Virus record (IMG/VR): IMGVR_UViG_3300022188_000226
Coordinates: 1-64,000 of that record
DNA: 64,000 nucleotides
DNA from: a virus
Reading direction: 5' to 3' (one strand)
Shown here in pieces: positions 1 to 10,117 of this stretch (position 1 is its first letter; each line of letters starts with the position of its first letter). The position numbers and the translations under genes were made by a program. The notes beneath the pieces are model-generated. The model saw only the letters and a program-made list of their open reading frames with translations, did not search any database and had not been told where the DNA came from.

Positions 1-765
1 AGGGCTGGTTGGTGTAAGAGCTCTGGATTCGCAGGTACAAAGTTTGCTCTTGACTCAACACATAACGCTATTGAAGTTAAGCTAGGAGCAACAGTTAGTG
101 GAGTTAGTGATGGTTTTTATAGAATTATTCTAGAGCATAATGATGGTATTCCAATTGAGGCAGAAGTTGTGGCAGCAGATATAGAAACTAAAATTAGAGC
201 TATCGCTAACATGTTGGCTGATGATGACATTGGTTTTAAATTATCTTATATGAACGCATCAGTGGAATTTAAGGGTGGGCGTTTTTGGGTAGTTTCTGGT
301 TCTTTAGGGCAGTTTTATTCTGGTTCTAATAAGTCGTCTGTACAAGTAAGGTCGTCTGTCAACAGTTGTAGTGAGTTACTTGGTTTTAATCTAGATACTA
401 ATAGTGAAGACATAGATGGTCAGGGAATTAAAGAAGCTTTAGTACTGACAGATTATGTAGCTACTGCTAGTGGTGTTGGTCAGATTACAATTTCTTCTAA
501 TGTCGGGGCTCAGGTAAATGATTGTATGTTAATTACAGATAGAGTTAATTCAGAGTATTTTCAGATTGATAATATTATTGGTGGTACTATGATTGAATTC
601 GATAGTTCTAGGATTATTAATAATTACGAACAGTTAAAAACAAAGGTTCAGTTACTTAGAGAGCAAGATCCTGATGCAGCCCCAACACTTTGGTTTAATG
701 ATATAGACAAAATTCATAGACATGGGCTTAAAACTATGATTAATCAGATTGACTATAGTTCATAA
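1..765 (+). CDS. Putative virion structural protein, 5'-truncated by the window edge
   Basis: Frame is open from base 1 (RAGWCKSSGFAGTKFALDS...VAADIETK). It shares a domain with 11699..13267 (IAKDISEKLH...WENNRLKLYSGSLG vs VAADIETKIR...FKGGRFWVVSGSLG). Confidence 0.7.
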   Translation, partial: RAGWCKSSGFAGTKFALDSTHNAIEVKLGATVSGVSDGFYRIILEHNDGIPIEAEVVAADIETKIRAIANMLADDDIGFKLSYMNASVEFKGGRFWVVSGSLGQFYSGSNKSSVQVRSSVNSCSELLGFNLDTNSEDIDGQGIKEALVLTDYVATASGVGQITISSNVGAQVNDCMLITDRVNSEYFQIDNIIGGTMIEFDSSRIINNYEQLKTKVQLLREQDPDAAPTLWFNDIDKIHRHGLKTMINQIDYSS

Positions 766-778
766 GGAAAAATAAATT

Positions 779-1276
779 ATGGCTCAGTATCTCCTTAGAA
801 ATATGCTTAATCCAGGAAAGGTTGTTGGTTGTAGTGTTACTTTTCGTCAATTAATTAATAAAGACGAAAAGGGAGAGACTGTGTGGCTTATAGAGGCGGT
901 AACTCCAGAACCACATAAAGATGGTACAGGGGATATACTTCCAGAGTATGTGCATTATACTGAGGATCAGAATTTAGATGTTGCTATTAATGAAGCTACT
1001 GAGAGGATAGCTGCTCAGGTTGATTGGGCCCCATTAACAAACGACTTAAGGCCACCATTTGTCGTAGATTATGAACCAAAAGCACCAATTGTTGGTATAT
1101 ATTCTGATGTTGTAGTTGTTATAAAAGATATTTTTCCTACAGGAGGAATTGATCCAGACAGTATAGAAGTTGTGATAAATAATATAGATGTAACTGATGA
1201 GATAAAATTGTTAGGGGACCCACTTCAATATAGTGTAATGTGGGGTCCTCCGATAAGAGTTTTTGATTACGAGTAG
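779..1276 (+). CDS. Hypothetical structural protein with C-terminal Ig-like (SbsA/Big_5-like) domain
   Basis: AAGGA SD; PPFVVDYEP...IKDIFPTGGIDPDSIEVVINNIDVT resembles the Ig-like repeats in 3581..6385. Confidence 0.6.
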   Translation: MAQYLLRNMLNPGKVVGCSVTFRQLINKDEKGETVWLIEAVTPEPHKDGTGDILPEYVHYTEDQNLDVAINEATERIAAQVDWAPLTNDLRPPFVVDYEPKAPIVGIYSDVVVVIKDIFPTGGIDPDSIEVVINNIDVTDEIKLLGDPLQYSVMWGPPIRVFDYE

Positions 1277-1289
1277 GGGGAGGGGTTTT

Positions 1290-1673
1290 GTGATAAGGAA
1301 ATTGTGGAAAGAGTTATGTGTGGGTTTTGAGTATAGGTTTTTTACAGGGATACCATTTGAAGGCAGTTCTGATTTATATTCTTCTATGAATTCAGAAATA
1401 ATGCATTATGTACCTGCAGCAAATGAACTAATAGCGTTACGTATGGCTTCTGGTGCTAGAGTTTCCGGGTTTAAGTCTGGGGTGTTACTAGAGCCTTTAA
1501 AGATTAATAAGCTAGATATGGGTTTTAATATAGAATTTGAAATACCAATATTAATTATAACTGCGGTAAAGGATATTCCACTTAGAAAGGGGTTGTATAG
1601 CAATAGTAGTCTTTCAAAAGTGGTGGCTTGTATAGAGGAGGATAAGAAACCAGGTGTTTTTCTTTTGGGATAG
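1290..1673 (+). CDS. Sulfopyruvate/phosphonopyruvate decarboxylase alpha-subunit-like (ComD-like, TPP enzyme PYR domain), divergent
   Basis: FFTGIP...HYVPAANELIALRMASGARVSG matches the FFTGVP...AANE..A.G.AAGA pattern. Probable GTG start at 1290 after GGGGGAGGGG. Confidence 0.7.
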   Translation: MIRKLWKELCVGFEYRFFTGIPFEGSSDLYSSMNSEIMHYVPAANELIALRMASGARVSGFKSGVLLEPLKINKLDMGFNIEFEIPILIITAVKDIPLRKGLYSNSSLSKVVACIEEDKKPGVFLLG

Positions 1674-1681
1674 GAGTGGTT

Positions 1682-2314
1682 ATGCGAAGGTACACTGGAG
1701 TTAGAATACTAACTCAGGCGATTTTAGATTGTGATTTGGCTGTTTATATAGGTAAAGATGTATGTAAAGAAGCTTACCGATATAGACAACATGATAGTAA
1801 TTTGTATTTTTCTGATGAAGAGGAGGGACTAATAAGTTTTGCTTTAGGGATGGCTATTGGTACTGATAAACGCATATTTATATTTTGTGAAGACCAGTAT
1901 TTTATAAGAAATATGAGTGAGTTTATGCAAGCTGGTGTTAGTAAATGTAAAAATTTCGTTGTAGTGTTACTTGTTAGTGGCAGTTACACTAATGTTCCAA
2001 ACACTCCTTTAATATTTGATGAGGTTAATTCTCAGCACGGTATTTTGTATAATATGGGGTTTATGGTACATAATTATAGTAATTTTTTCAAACAGTATAG
2101 AAATCCAATTAAGCATATACGAGAGTTTTGGGCCAGAATTAGAGGACCTTTGGCAATATTATTATTTACAGATAACAGGAAGAAAGACTTTCAGGATATT
2201 GAGTTAAGTAAAGATATGATAGCGACAAAGGAGTTTATAAGAAATAAAGATATTAGTGGGTATAGTTATGTTCCACCATTTTCAATTGAAGGATTAGTTT
2301 TGGGGGGAGAATAA
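1682..2314 (+). CDS. Sulfopyruvate/phosphonopyruvate decarboxylase beta-subunit-like (ComE-like, TPP PP domain) with degenerate TPP motif
   Basis: MRRY..., KEAY, SNLYF, SFALGMAIGTDKRIFIF, RNMSE, KNFVVVLL follow the ComE layout. GDG reads EDQ and the LDN motif reads LVS. ATG at 1682 follows GGAG. Confidence 0.65.
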   Translation: MRRYTGVRILTQAILDCDLAVYIGKDVCKEAYRYRQHDSNLYFSDEEEGLISFALGMAIGTDKRIFIFCEDQYFIRNMSEFMQAGVSKCKNFVVVLLVSGSYTNVPNTPLIFDEVNSQHGILYNMGFMVHNYSNFFKQYRNPIKHIREFWARIRGPLAILLFTDNRKKDFQDIELSKDMIATKEFIRNKDISGYSYVPPFSIEGLVLGGE

Positions 2315-2317
2315 GGT

Positions 2318-3571
2318 ATGGCTTTTGAAAATATACGACTTAGAAAACAAAATTTTGCTGTAGTTGGGGGCTATTTCTGGACTGTAGACGATGATATAGA
2401 TAGCCTTATTGTAAAGACAGATGACGGTACACTTGCGTACTCATATCCATTAGATACTGTTATAGATAATGAAGTTATAAGTTTAGAATTTGACGGATAT
2501 AATATATGGACTCTTCAAAATATTGGTACAAACGCTGTTTCTATAAAGAGGTGGCATATAAATAATTATGTATGTACACTGAGAAGTACATTTGATTTTG
2601 TACCTGGTCCGTCACATAAGTATAGTGCTTATTGTTTTACAGTTGAGCATTACCACACAGAATTTTCTTCAAATGCGTCTGCTGGTTCTCAAATTCTAAG
2701 TATCCTTGAAACTGGTAAGATGGAGAGTGGGTTTACTTTAGTTCTAGGGCCAAACCATTTAGGACAGATGGAGGAGGTTAGTGTTAGTTCTGCCAGTGGA
2801 GGGTCAGCCCAGATAAATGGAAGTATTTTATATGAGTATAATGCGGGAGCACCTATATCTTTTTATAATAGAATATGGTTGTTTAATAATTATGATGGTA
2901 CTGATTTTAGTACTGGTGCTTTATACCATATAGACGCCTATACAGGGTCTGTTGTTACTAAATATCCAGGTGGGGCTTATAAAGACATTGGAGCGTGTAC
3001 ATTTTTTGACGTTCCGAAGTATATTTTTGATAGAGCGGTAGGTACTGGAGTTACAGATCCTAGATATAATTCTATATGTTATGTTAAGGGTAACAATATG
3101 TTGTTTCTTAATCCAGATGATTTAGTCAACAGTAACGGTTCAATGACTATGGATAATATTGAGGATGATCAGGCAACTAATATTCCAATATATGATCTAA
3201 CTATAGAAGGCACAAATGTTTACCGTTTGCAGTCGAAAGCTACTTATTACGGTTCAACTTCGGACTTTGTAGGTACATACAACTATCAGTTATCCTCGTT
3301 AAATCCGTTTATTACAAGTATTAGTTTGAGGGCAAACCCAGCAATATTACCAGCTAACGGGGTTAATCCATCGATCATTACAGCTATTGTTAAGGACCAG
3401 TTTAATTTGCCTGTTGAGCAACGTCAGGTATTCTTTACAGATGATGACCCTAATGGAGCTATTACATCATCACCAGTTAATACTAATGCAGATGGTATAG
3501 CTGTAACTACCTATATAGCAGGTACGTCTGCTAGAGAGGTAAGAATAACTGCCACAGCACAGCAGGCATAA
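2318..3571 (+). CDS. Structural protein with C-terminal Big_1 (invasin/intimin-type Ig) domain
   Basis: SISLRANPAILPANG...ITAIVKDQFNLPV...VFFT...TNADGIAVTTY; paralogous to the next gene. Confidence 0.7.
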   Translation: MAFENIRLRKQNFAVVGGYFWTVDDDIDSLIVKTDDGTLAYSYPLDTVIDNEVISLEFDGYNIWTLQNIGTNAVSIKRWHINNYVCTLRSTFDFVPGPSHKYSAYCFTVEHYHTEFSSNASAGSQILSILETGKMESGFTLVLGPNHLGQMEEVSVSSASGGSAQINGSILYEYNAGAPISFYNRIWLFNNYDGTDFSTGALYHIDAYTGSVVTKYPGGAYKDIGACTFFDVPKYIFDRAVGTGVTDPRYNSICYVKGNNMLFLNPDDLVNSNGSMTMDNIEDDQATNIPIYDLTIEGTNVYRLQSKATYYGSTSDFVGTYNYQLSSLNPFITSISLRANPAILPANGVNPSIITAIVKDQFNLPVEQRQVFFTDDDPNGAITSSPVNTNADGIAVTTYIAGTSAREVRITATAQQA

Positions 3572-3580
3572 GGATAAAAG

Positions 3581-6385
3581 ATGGCTCACGAGAATGTAAT
3601 GTTACAACAAAGTAATTTTTGTATGGGGCCTCAAGCAGGTACAGTGTGTTCTATTGATACAACTAACCCGAAGACTGTATTAAGGGTTAAAAATATGACC
3701 GGAGCAACTATAATAGATTTAGAGTTGTCGTCTAATATACTGAACGACAATGTGCGTGTGGAGTATGTTGGCCCACCAACCTTGGACGGAGTACATGATG
3801 GGCTTACTTTTTTCACATTTGAGAAGGTCAGTGATTCATCTTGTATGATTAAGAGATGGGAAACACGTATTGCTTATAGAGAGCTTCTTCTAAAAGAGCA
3901 AGTTGTAAAGAGTACATCCGGAAACGAAAGATATAATGCCATAGATTTTGCTGTGGAATATTATTATAGGGCTTTTACAAGGTCAAACGAACAGTATAAT
4001 TATTTAGAAATGAATAGTGTGTTTAATGTTAAGAATAGCACAAGGCTTTTTTTCGGTCCAAGTACTGATACAGATAATATAGGAGCAACAGAGGTAGGTG
4101 TTGTTAGTCATATAATAGATCATATAGACGGTAAGAGAGTATATTTAACCGCTCCTCTTAAGTACCAGTATGTTATAGGGGATTTAATTACTTTTTACAG
4201 TAATATATATATCTATAGTTCTGAAGGGTATGCTGATGACCCAAACAAAGGTACTCTGTTTAAGATAGATGCTTATACGTGGGATACAAAGGAAATAGAT
4301 ACTAAAGCTATTTATAAGCGAGCTAACGCCTCTAGATGGTGTCCAATGGTTGGCGGTATAGCCACAATTATTGGACATAATATGTTGTTTGTTAGGCCAT
4401 ATGATGAGTATTTAAATTGGCGTTCTATGTTTTTAAATAATGTGATGTCTGACAATAATACAATATTTACAGTATATGATGTTGGATTTGATAACTATAG
4501 TATTTATAAGTTGCAAGGTATGACAACTTTGGTGGATGATACTAATAAAAAAACAACACATGATTGGGATAGTTACAATTTACAACCAGATAGTCTGTTA
4601 CCACATACTCAGTCAGTAGCTACTTGGTTAGACCAATCCATAATTACAGGGTATAATAAAAATGTGGATATATATGCCCAGGTTAGAGACCAGTTTTATG
4701 TTGGGCTAAGAGATGTTTACTTGACTTTTTATATGCTAGGTGATGGTGACGCGTTGTTTGACCCTTTAAGTGGTAATGTTGTTACAGATTTAAACGGAAA
4801 GGCTACTATAAATTACAGATCAGGTCAAACTTATAATGGACACACTGAGATAACAGCTAGAGCTACTGGGGGGTCAACATCAACAGGAAGTGCTTATGTG
4901 TGGACTTCTAATAATGTAATAAGTTATCCAGAAACAGAACCAATTAAAATACTATTGTGGGCGATATTTTATATTTCAGCTTATAATCCTAGTTTGAAAC
5001 AGATAATACAAATTTATAGTGTATTTAATCGAGAGGAAAATCCTCAGTGGAGAGCCCCGTTTTATACTTTAAGGGGTTCACATTATTTTACGTCGCCTGG
5101 AGGTAATTGGTCACCAACTAAAAAGCTTAAAGAGTATGAACCTGAGTATGTTGGTGGTGGTGGGAGTGTATTAGAGTATTTGCCTATGTTATACGAAGGT
5201 GAAGATCATTTAGATGCTCCGGCCTGTCTTTCCCCTGGTTATGGGTTCGAGTATCCATCCCCGTTTCCTGATGATTTCGAAGATGGGGAGTTTCTTTTCA
5301 GTAATAGAATTACAGTATTTGAAGAATTAAAGAGTAAGTTTTATACATTTGGTTTAACTTATTATTTATTATATAAAGGTAGTAGTGTGGGTCAAGTACC
5401 TTTTGCAGTTATAGTACAGCCAGATGAATCTGGAAATGGACAAATAAGTCAGTTGAAATTAAGTTTACATACACATTGGGTTGATGGTTTACCATATGAT
5501 GAGTTGTGGACATATTCTAATATAGATCAATTTGTTTTTGTTGAAGATGCAGTGCCTAAATTTTGGAGTTCAAAAAATCTTCCAGCTACAAATATTTGGG
5601 TCAGACTAAGACCATTTGCGTTTAGTTTGAATAATTCAACATTAAGAATGTGGGTTAGAGAAGACTCTTATTTGAGCGATACGGGGTATTGTGAAGTAAC
5701 TGATAGTATACAAATAGTTAATTTCGACGCCGGCGGTGGAATGTTAGGTATAGAAATTACATATAACCCAGTAGTAGATTTTAAATATGGTTCAACAGTT
5801 TATGTTAGAATAGAAGTATACGATATTGCACATGTTTCTAATTATATTTTTACAGAATATTGGTTTAGAATTGTTCCTGATTATAAGTCTCCTTACGTTA
5901 GTTATATGGTTCCAGACAATGGGGAAATAGATGTTTCAGTGGATAGTCATATTTATTTTGAATTGAAAGATGAAGGAACAGGTATAAACATAGAAACCTT
6001 AGAGATTTTATTAAATTCTAGACGCATTGATGTGAATTATTTAACCATTGAAGAAGTAAGTAGACGTCATTTTAAAATTACTTATATTTCACCAGAAGGT
6101 CTTTTTTATAATAAAGATTATAAGATAGCAGTCAAGGTGGAAGATACTTCATCAAGGAAAAACGCACTTAATACTTCGTGGGAATTTTATACAGTAGAGA
6201 GTACTGGTGTTCAGATGGTGTTACCAACTCCAGGTCCGTGTAAGGCGGGTATGAATAGGTTTGAGGATGTAAGTGTTGTAATTTTAGGGGATGGTAATGG
6301 AGTTGATAAGGACACTATTAGAATGCAAGTATTTAATAAAGATATACATTCTAGAATTACACCTATTATTTATAGGGTATCTTAG
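3581..6385 (+). CDS. Large structural protein with Big_1 and further Ig-like domains; paralog of 2318..3571
   Basis: MAHENVMLQQSNF vs MAFENIRLRKQNF; AQVRDQFYVGL...VTDLNGKATINY; C-terminal KDEGTGINIETL repeats. Confidence 0.7.
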   Translation: MAHENVMLQQSNFCMGPQAGTVCSIDTTNPKTVLRVKNMTGATIIDLELSSNILNDNVRVEYVGPPTLDGVHDGLTFFTFEKVSDSSCMIKRWETRIAYRELLLKEQVVKSTSGNERYNAIDFAVEYYYRAFTRSNEQYNYLEMNSVFNVKNSTRLFFGPSTDTDNIGATEVGVVSHIIDHIDGKRVYLTAPLKYQYVIGDLITFYSNIYIYSSEGYADDPNKGTLFKIDAYTWDTKEIDTKAIYKRANASRWCPMVGGIATIIGHNMLFVRPYDEYLNWRSMFLNNVMSDNNTIFTVYDVGFDNYSIYKLQGMTTLVDDTNKKTTHDWDSYNLQPDSLLPHTQSVATWLDQSIITGYNKNVDIYAQVRDQFYVGLRDVYLTFYMLGDGDALFDPLSGNVVTDLNGKATINYRSGQTYNGHTEITARATGGSTSTGSAYVWTSNNVISYPETEPIKILLWAIFYISAYNPSLKQIIQIYSVFNREENPQWRAPFYTLRGSHYFTSPGGNWSPTKKLKEYEPEYVGGGGSVLEYLPMLYEGEDHLDAPACLSPGYGFEYPSPFPDDFEDGEFLFSNRITVFEELKSKFYTFGLTYYLLYKGSSVGQVPFAVIVQPDESGNGQISQLKLSLHTHWVDGLPYDELWTYSNIDQFVFVEDAVPKFWSSKNLPATNIWVRLRPFAFSLNNSTLRMWVREDSYLSDTGYCEVTDSIQIVNFDAGGGMLGIEITYNPVVDFKYGSTVYVRIEVYDIAHVSNYIFTEYWFRIVPDYKSPYVSYMVPDNGEIDVSVDSHIYFELKDEGTGINIETLEILLNSRRIDVNYLTIEEVSRRHFKITYISPEGLFYNKDYKIAVKVEDTSSRKNALNTSWEFYTVESTGVQMVLPTPGPCKAGMNRFEDVSVVILGDGNGVDKDTIRMQVFNKDIHSRITPIIYRVS

Positions 6386-6394
6386 GAGACAATT

Positions 6395-6560
6395 GTAACT
6401 TACCACGGGATAACTCCCGAAGCTTTTAAGTTTCAAGGTTACCAGATCATTAACGGGAGATAAAATTGTTAATAAACGATAGAAAAAAAATTAGGAACGA
6501 AAGAGTGACGCACCAGCTCTTTCCTCTTCGGACACAAATTAAAAGTTCTGTGATGGTAAA
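6395..6560 (+). ncRNA. IscB omegaRNA (HEARO-like) scaffold, probably 3'-truncated
   Basis: GTAAC (6395)/GTTAC (6438) stem followed by CAGA, and an AAAGAG..CCAG..CTCTTT stem. This is the usual position upstream of iscB. The 3' boundary is uncertain. Confidence 0.6.
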
Positions 6561-6563
6561 ATA

Positions 6564-6875
6564 GTGGGTTTTGATCAAATAGTTTATTATAAAAAACATG
6601 TTTCAAAAGGAGATTACCAACAAACTAAAGGTGTTAGAAGTCAAATGAAAATACCAACAGGTAAACTATTTGGTTTGAGAAAGTTTGATTATATTCAAAC
6701 ATCTAAAGGAATTGGATTTGTAAAAGGTAAACGAAGCACTGGTTTTTTTTCATTAGCAAGTTTAGACGGTACTGTAATAAACTCGTCTGTTAATGTGAAG
6801 AAAAACTGTACTAGATTAACGGCAAGATCAACAACTTTAATTGAAAGGAGGATGGCACATTTTTCCACGGGGTGA
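6564..6875 (+). pseudogene. iscB: IscB C-terminal (TAM-interacting) fragment; PLMP, RuvC and HNH regions deleted
   Basis: KKHVSKGDYQQTKG..IPTGKLFGLRKFD..KGIGFVKGKRSTGFF..RLTARSTTLI is typical of the IscB/RRXRR C-terminus. Confidence 0.75.
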
Positions 6876-6904
6876 GTCCACGTGGTTCTTCGTGCCTAGA
6901 TTTT

Positions 6905-7567
6905 ATGGCAGAACCTGAATTAATTTTTGCATTTAGTCACGATTCCGCTGGTGATACCCCTTGGGGGTTTAACGGTGGTAATGAAGAAAGTCCAAATAAG
7001 AATGGTTTTATGGGGATTACTCCAGCTACTGATTTGGTTGTGTTTACTGGTGGAGGAATATTAGGTTCTTTACCAACACCTACTACTATATCCGGGCATC
7101 GAGATGCCACAATTAGACCAGCAACAACCTCTTATGTTATTCCACAAACATATGTTGAAAAAGATCAGATGTATATTTGCCAACATGTTGGTTATAATAA
7201 TAATCGTTATGCTATGGCTGTACATATTAAAGGGCATATGACTTCAGATCTCTATTTAGAAGCTTGGGATGATAATACTTTTAGTACAACTAATCTTGAA
7301 ATATTGACAGGAACGCCTAATAGTTTGAGTGATAGTCTAATTAGTGCTATTAGGACTACTTATAGTGAACCACCTTGGTATCCAGGTTGGGACGGTACAA
7401 CTGATGGTGCTGCTTTTTTGAGGGGCGTAGAGCACCGTGTTGGTTTAAACAATACGTCTACTATAACAGATTCTACAGTTTATTATAATATTTATATCCG
7501 ATTACAGACAGATTGTAGTACGTTTCACGTGACTCCTGTTCTCGGTTTTAGGTATCTTTATACGTAA
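6905..7567 (+). CDS. Hypothetical structural protein (native start MAEPEL at 6905; alternative GTG at 6872)
   Basis: YLEAWDDNTFSTT is shared with the C-terminal domain of 8059..10101 (RLTAWDDVTHSTT); both proteins end in Y-x-Y-T. Confidence 0.7.
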   Translation: MAEPELIFAFSHDSAGDTPWGFNGGNEESPNKNGFMGITPATDLVVFTGGGILGSLPTPTTISGHRDATIRPATTSYVIPQTYVEKDQMYICQHVGYNNNRYAMAVHIKGHMTSDLYLEAWDDNTFSTTNLEILTGTPNSLSDSLISAIRTTYSEPPWYPGWDGTTDGAAFLRGVEHRVGLNNTSTITDSTVYYNIYIRLQTDCSTFHVTPVLGFRYLYT

Positions 7568-7580
7568 TAGGAGAAGGAAC

Positions 7581-8045
7581 ATGGATTTATCAACAAAAGA
7601 ATTGCCTAATTTCGATAGGTTAGATTGTACAGATGGTACAATATTAGGACGTTATAATAAGGTTAGCAGTGTTAATCCACATAAATGTAGATTTGTGGCT
7701 ACATACCCAGGCGATACTGAAATTAAGGGAATAGATTTATTTACAACTGGTTGGGAACAAATTCCAAATGGGCTAGTAAAGCTCAGATATGAATTAAGTA
7801 CAGGGCATATAATAGAAATTCCTAAGTTTAAAGCATATTTACCTATGATAGAAGTTAGTTTTGGTATGGATGGAAGTAAAGTTTTTCATTATATCAATGT
7901 AAATTGTTTGGCAGATAAGGAAGTTATCATTTACAAGATAGTATTGCGACAGGATCAGCTCTTGCCACAAAAGATAGGTGACGTAATTATGAGTAGAAAA
8001 TTAGTTTCTACAGAACGAAACAGTTCTTGGAAATATACTAGTTAG
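7581..8045 (+). CDS. Hypothetical protein, weakly similar to 14432..14746
   Basis: GGAGAAGGA SD; TYPGDTEI...WEQIP..LVKL vs EYVDGTSI...WQDVP..IVRL. Confidence 0.65.
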   Translation: MDLSTKELPNFDRLDCTDGTILGRYNKVSSVNPHKCRFVATYPGDTEIKGIDLFTTGWEQIPNGLVKLRYELSTGHIIEIPKFKAYLPMIEVSFGMDGSKVFHYINVNCLADKEVIIYKIVLRQDQLLPQKIGDVIMSRKLVSTERNSSWKYTS

Positions 8046-8058
8046 GGGGTGGTATGCT

Positions 8059-10101
8059 ATGGCTGTTGTTATTACATCAAAATTTTATCAAGAAAGTGAG
8101 TGGAAAGACATTTCTAAGATTGTCTTTACAAGTCCAAATATGGATAGTCCAGCCATAGCTGGAACTAGATCCCATATTCTTCCTGGAGAAGGTAATTTAG
8201 GAACTTGGTATGAGGACACCTCAGAGATGTTTCGTATAGAGGACCATCAATTTACTACTGAGTCAGATTTTTATAATTACCGTATGGTAGCGAAAGAAGA
8301 TACCGATTTGCAAGTTGGGGCAGGTTATATAGATGTAAAAAGAGTTAATTATAGTGGGTTTGATACATATGTAAAAGAGAACACTGGGGTGGAGATAATT
8401 GGGTATAGTGACGGTACTGGTTTTATTGTAGATCGTAAAACTAAACTGGAGTATACTCCACATCAGAAAAATTTGAACGAAATTCATAGTCGGGTAGACA
8501 AAAAGGTTACCGAGATTACACTCATAGAAAAAGCTACTTGTACTGATGGTTTTTCCACATCAGTCGGCGTTTTACGTGAAGAGTCTTATGCTAGAAATTA
8601 TGGTTGGTACACTCAGGTAATTTCTGAATTTTCACAATGTCATATAACATTTGAGTTTGAGGATACAACTAAAATTACTGCTGTAGAAATGAGTAGTGTG
8701 GAATTTGAATTTATCGAAAGGACTTGGGATTTTGCACCAACAGATTCTTGTTACGATATAGGAGTTCCAGATGGAGAAGCTGTAACAAACAAAGTTTATT
8801 TTATAGGTAATTATACAATACAGGGTAGTATAGACGACATTAGCTGGACTACTATATATACAGGGTCTAACACAACTAACTTAAGTAAATTTATTTATCT
8901 TAGTAATAATCAGTATTATAAATACTATAGATTAAACATCACTAATAATTCTAGTTTAAGCAGTGGGGTGTTTGACACTAGTTTTTACGGAGTTAGGAAG
9001 CTTAGATTTTATAATTATGAGTTTTCTACAGATGCTGGTAATGAGAGTATTGCGTTGTATGAATTTAATAATTTAGATGCTCCTAAAGTAGTCAGGATTA
9101 GTAACGCTTATCCACAAGAAGCCGCTATTCCAACAGTTACTAATGAAAGTACAGATAACAACGTGGAAGGGGCAATGATGTTAAGACATACTACTGTTTC
9201 TGGTGAACCAGTATCGTCTTCTTATTCTGTAAGTCTCAGCAGTTACGTAGATCCGTATGATTATATGATAACTGCAGTTTGTGTTTCTTCCACAGTAAGT
9301 GGTTTGGGTGAAGATTCTGTTGGTCAGACATATGCTAAGCAGGATAAAATAAACGTTGTTGTTGACGCAGCATTGGAATTTATGGATGTTGGTTTAGATA
9401 GCGAATATGTATTGTTTACAGCACAAGGATCCGCTGTGGTGCAAGTGGATACTGCTAATTGGGTAGGTGAGGATACTATTACTTATACTACAATTGCGTC
9501 AGGTACTGTTACTTCTGGTACTCAAACATACCCATTAACTGGCTATACAACACGTTATGTAGAGTCCTCTTTATATGCAAGGCGTGAAAATTTTAGATTA
9601 GTAATAGACGAGTACATAACCAACAGTGGTATTGTTGCTGAAAATGAGCCTCTATATGTTTGGGGGTATAATGATAGGTTTCTTGATTTAGATGTTAAGA
9701 ACGCAGTAGTTTTTGAAGTTACAACAGGTGAGGCTTATAACTGTAGATTAACTGCGTGGGATGATGTTACACACAGTACAACAATAAATGAATTAATACA
9801 AGGTGACCACGTTAGGTGTTCGGCTATGACCTATTGTTGTAATGATAGTAAGCTAAATCCAACAGAGTCTAAATCGCCTTTAAACTTAGTATACCCACCA
9901 GTGCATAATAGAATTTTTAAAGGTAATGTAGAGATTGGGGGAAATAGATATTATTATGGCGATTTTGATCTTGTATACAGATATCAATCTGATGTGTATG
10001 GAGATTATTTAATATTTAAACCAATGCTATATAATATTACTACTGATATTTCATACGGTATACATGATTATATTATAACATTACATTATTCATATACTTA
10101 A
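8059..10101 (+). CDS. Structural protein with discoidin/F5-8C-like carbohydrate-binding domain
   Basis: YTIQGSIDDISWTTI...YKYYRLNITNN...GVRKLRFY. Confidence 0.7.
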   Translation: MAVVITSKFYQESEWKDISKIVFTSPNMDSPAIAGTRSHILPGEGNLGTWYEDTSEMFRIEDHQFTTESDFYNYRMVAKEDTDLQVGAGYIDVKRVNYSGFDTYVKENTGVEIIGYSDGTGFIVDRKTKLEYTPHQKNLNEIHSRVDKKVTEITLIEKATCTDGFSTSVGVLREESYARNYGWYTQVISEFSQCHITFEFEDTTKITAVEMSSVEFEFIERTWDFAPTDSCYDIGVPDGEAVTNKVYFIGNYTIQGSIDDISWTTIYTGSNTTNLSKFIYLSNNQYYKYYRLNITNNSSLSSGVFDTSFYGVRKLRFYNYEFSTDAGNESIALYEFNNLDAPKVVRISNAYPQEAAIPTVTNESTDNNVEGAMMLRHTTVSGEPVSSSYSVSLSSYVDPYDYMITAVCVSSTVSGLGEDSVGQTYAKQDKINVVVDAALEFMDVGLDSEYVLFTAQGSAVVQVDTANWVGEDTITYTTIASGTVTSGTQTYPLTGYTTRYVESSLYARRENFRLVIDEYITNSGIVAENEPLYVWGYNDRFLDLDVKNAVVFEVTTGEAYNCRLTAWDDVTHSTTINELIQGDHVRCSAMTYCCNDSKLNPTESKSPLNLVYPPVHNRIFKGNVEIGGNRYYYGDFDLVYRYQSDVYGDYLIFKPMLYNITTDISYGIHDYIITLHYSYT

Positions 10102-10117
10102 TTGGAGAGAATAGCTT

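Larger units (their letters stand above)
6395..6904 (+). mobile_element. Internally deleted, non-autonomous IS200/IS605-superfamily IscB element
   Basis: Left-end GTAAC..CGGGA-TAAC-TCCCG hairpin, omegaRNA-like segment, IscB C-terminal coding fragment, and right-end CCACGGG..CGTGG hairpin followed by TTTT|ATGG. Confidence 0.75.
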
